A DNA stretch of 64,000 nt. Origin: Octopus bimaculoides (taxonomy: Eukaryota). Location of the stretch: assembly GCF_001194135.2 (NCBI RefSeq), contig NC_068983.1, positions 78,856,108-78,920,107 on the forward strand, in the 5' to 3' direction. Positions within the stretch are counted from its first letter, which is position 1. Every line of letters begins with the position of its first letter. The position numbers and the translations under genes are program-made. Positions 62,086 to 64,000 of the stretch are shown piece by piece. Under the pieces are notes generated by a model that worked only from the letters and a program-made list of their open reading frames with translations, was not told the origin of the DNA and searched no databases.

Positions 62086-63440
62086 ATAAACACAAGTGAG
62101 ATTGAGGAAAAGCATTCATTATCCTGCATATATGAAAGTCTAGAGCTTATTTTATTAGAATTATTAGAATTTTATTACAATTATTAAACTTTCATTACAT
62201 TTTTATTACGGTTATTACAATTGTTGTTGTCTAGAAATATTATGTTCCTTATAATTTTAATTCATTAACTGTTAGCATGAATATGAAGTGAAATAAAATT
62301 ACATACCAGCTTTCAACAGACATTGACTACAACAGACATTGACTGCAATCATTCTCTATTTCACTTGTATTGTATTTATTGTTTTCCTATATCTGTTACA
62401 CTAATTTCGCATTAACATTCTTCTTTCCATTGTTCTATGACCAAATTAATCTGGAAGCCTAGTGCACAGATTATAATTATAATGTTGTTCACAGAAATAG
62501 GTTTAATCTATTCCTTTTAATAAAGGGAAAACTTATAAGGGTTAAGGAAAATTGAATGGATAAAATACATTAACATGTGATTGCATACAGTTTGCAAGCA
62601 ATTATTGCAAAACCTATGATGGAACCTGTATTTGTCATATGATCAATTAAAAATAAAAGCAGCAGTCAAATCTCCCTCAACTCACACTCTACTAGTTTAT
62701 GAGAAGGACACATTAAATGATGTAGCTTTGATTAACCTTGGGTTATAGCTTGGTCAACCTCAGGCTATAGTTGAAGCTTTGGTCAGCCTTGGGCTATATT
62801 TAAAGACACTTGCCCAAGATGCCATATAGCATAACTGAACCCAAAACCTATAAAATTTCAAAGTGAGCATTCTCCATATGAAAGGCCCCTCAGAAGTGCT
62901 CAAAAGGGTAATAAGTTATAAAAAGATAAGGTGTTTTTTTCCAATCACATATTGTTCTTTTGCATAAATTTTATTTCAGGCAGATATTCATTCAAACAAT
63001 ATAAAAAAGCTTTTTATCAACATCTATGGCCTTCTTTCTTTTTTCTAAGACAAAAAAAAAAAAAGAAACAGAAAATTAGAATTTGAAGAATATGTCTAAA
63101 TTGATTATTTTTTGGTTGAAAACCCAATGCCATCAGAGTTTATTTCTGGTTGTTTTTTTAAAATAATGTGATATTGATTTGGGCATGTAATTAGTGATTC
63201 TGTCTAATAGATTAGAGAACTCTCATGTTTGTTCAGTGAGAACTTGCTTATTAACATTTCATTAACAAACAGATTTCCAAAATGAGCTCTTCAACCATGA
63301 ACAGAGATATAGAAAATTTGAATTATTTATTAAGTCACTGAGGATAAGCCACTTGACTGGAAATATTTACATTACTTCTTCACTTGCACAAAAAAGCATT
63401 TTGTTTGATATACAGAATATCATATATGTGCATGTATATT

Positions 63441-63532
<92 letters not shown>

Positions 63533-64000
63533 TGTATGTATGCATAGGCTCGCATATGATATGTAAACACATACATACACACACATATAAATGAGAAGCA
63601 GAGAGAAAGAGAATGAGGAAAGTAGAGAATGATAGAAAAACATGTACAGAGGAGATGCACAGCATTGTAAATAATCCAGAAGTGTAAATAATTTAATACA
63701 ATGATGTATAAAAGATTATGAATTTAATTTTAAACTGAAGTTGCATAGTTGTGGTTATAAGTTTATATTTTACCAGTTCTCGAGCAATTGATGGAATAAA
63801 TGAAACAGTCTAGTATTTATTTATATAAGGGATATAGAATATAAAAATGATTGAATAGGTATATTAGCAATATAAAACTTTTTGATGTCACAGAAACATA
63901 TGTTGATACCAAACGCATATTAGTCCATTCTCAAACATTAAATGAAAATTCCCTACCTCTTTGGTAACCTATATCCAACACCTCAAAGCTGATGGTATAC

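Overview
AT-rich eukaryotic DNA full of microsatellites, with about 12 N-gaps that are mostly bounded by simple repeats. The repeat families (tRNA/CORE-type SINEs, RTE LINEs with (GAT)n tails, R4/Dong-like LINEs, mariners, Penelope-like elements) point to a coleoid cephalopod, most likely Octopus; this is inference from repeat content only. No host exon, rRNA, genuine tRNA or CRISPR array can be supported, so the window looks intronic or intergenic. Almost every long ORF in the track is either microsatellite/N-gap read-through or a decayed transposon fragment. The main signal missed by the ORF track is a set of minimal type I hammerhead ribozyme (HHR) motifs from several unrelated sequence families. 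One is intact (9432-9477), two form a back-to-back inverted pair with a CCGAUGA core variant (9785-9878), one is near-intact inside a 341-nt partial tandem unit (38337-38380), and three are damaged copies at the ends of Penelope-like elements (PLEs). In one PLE terminal repeat, a tRNA-like Pol III A/B-box segment lies between the ORF stop and the HHR. All folds and translations were done by eye, and coordinates of decayed repeats are approximate.
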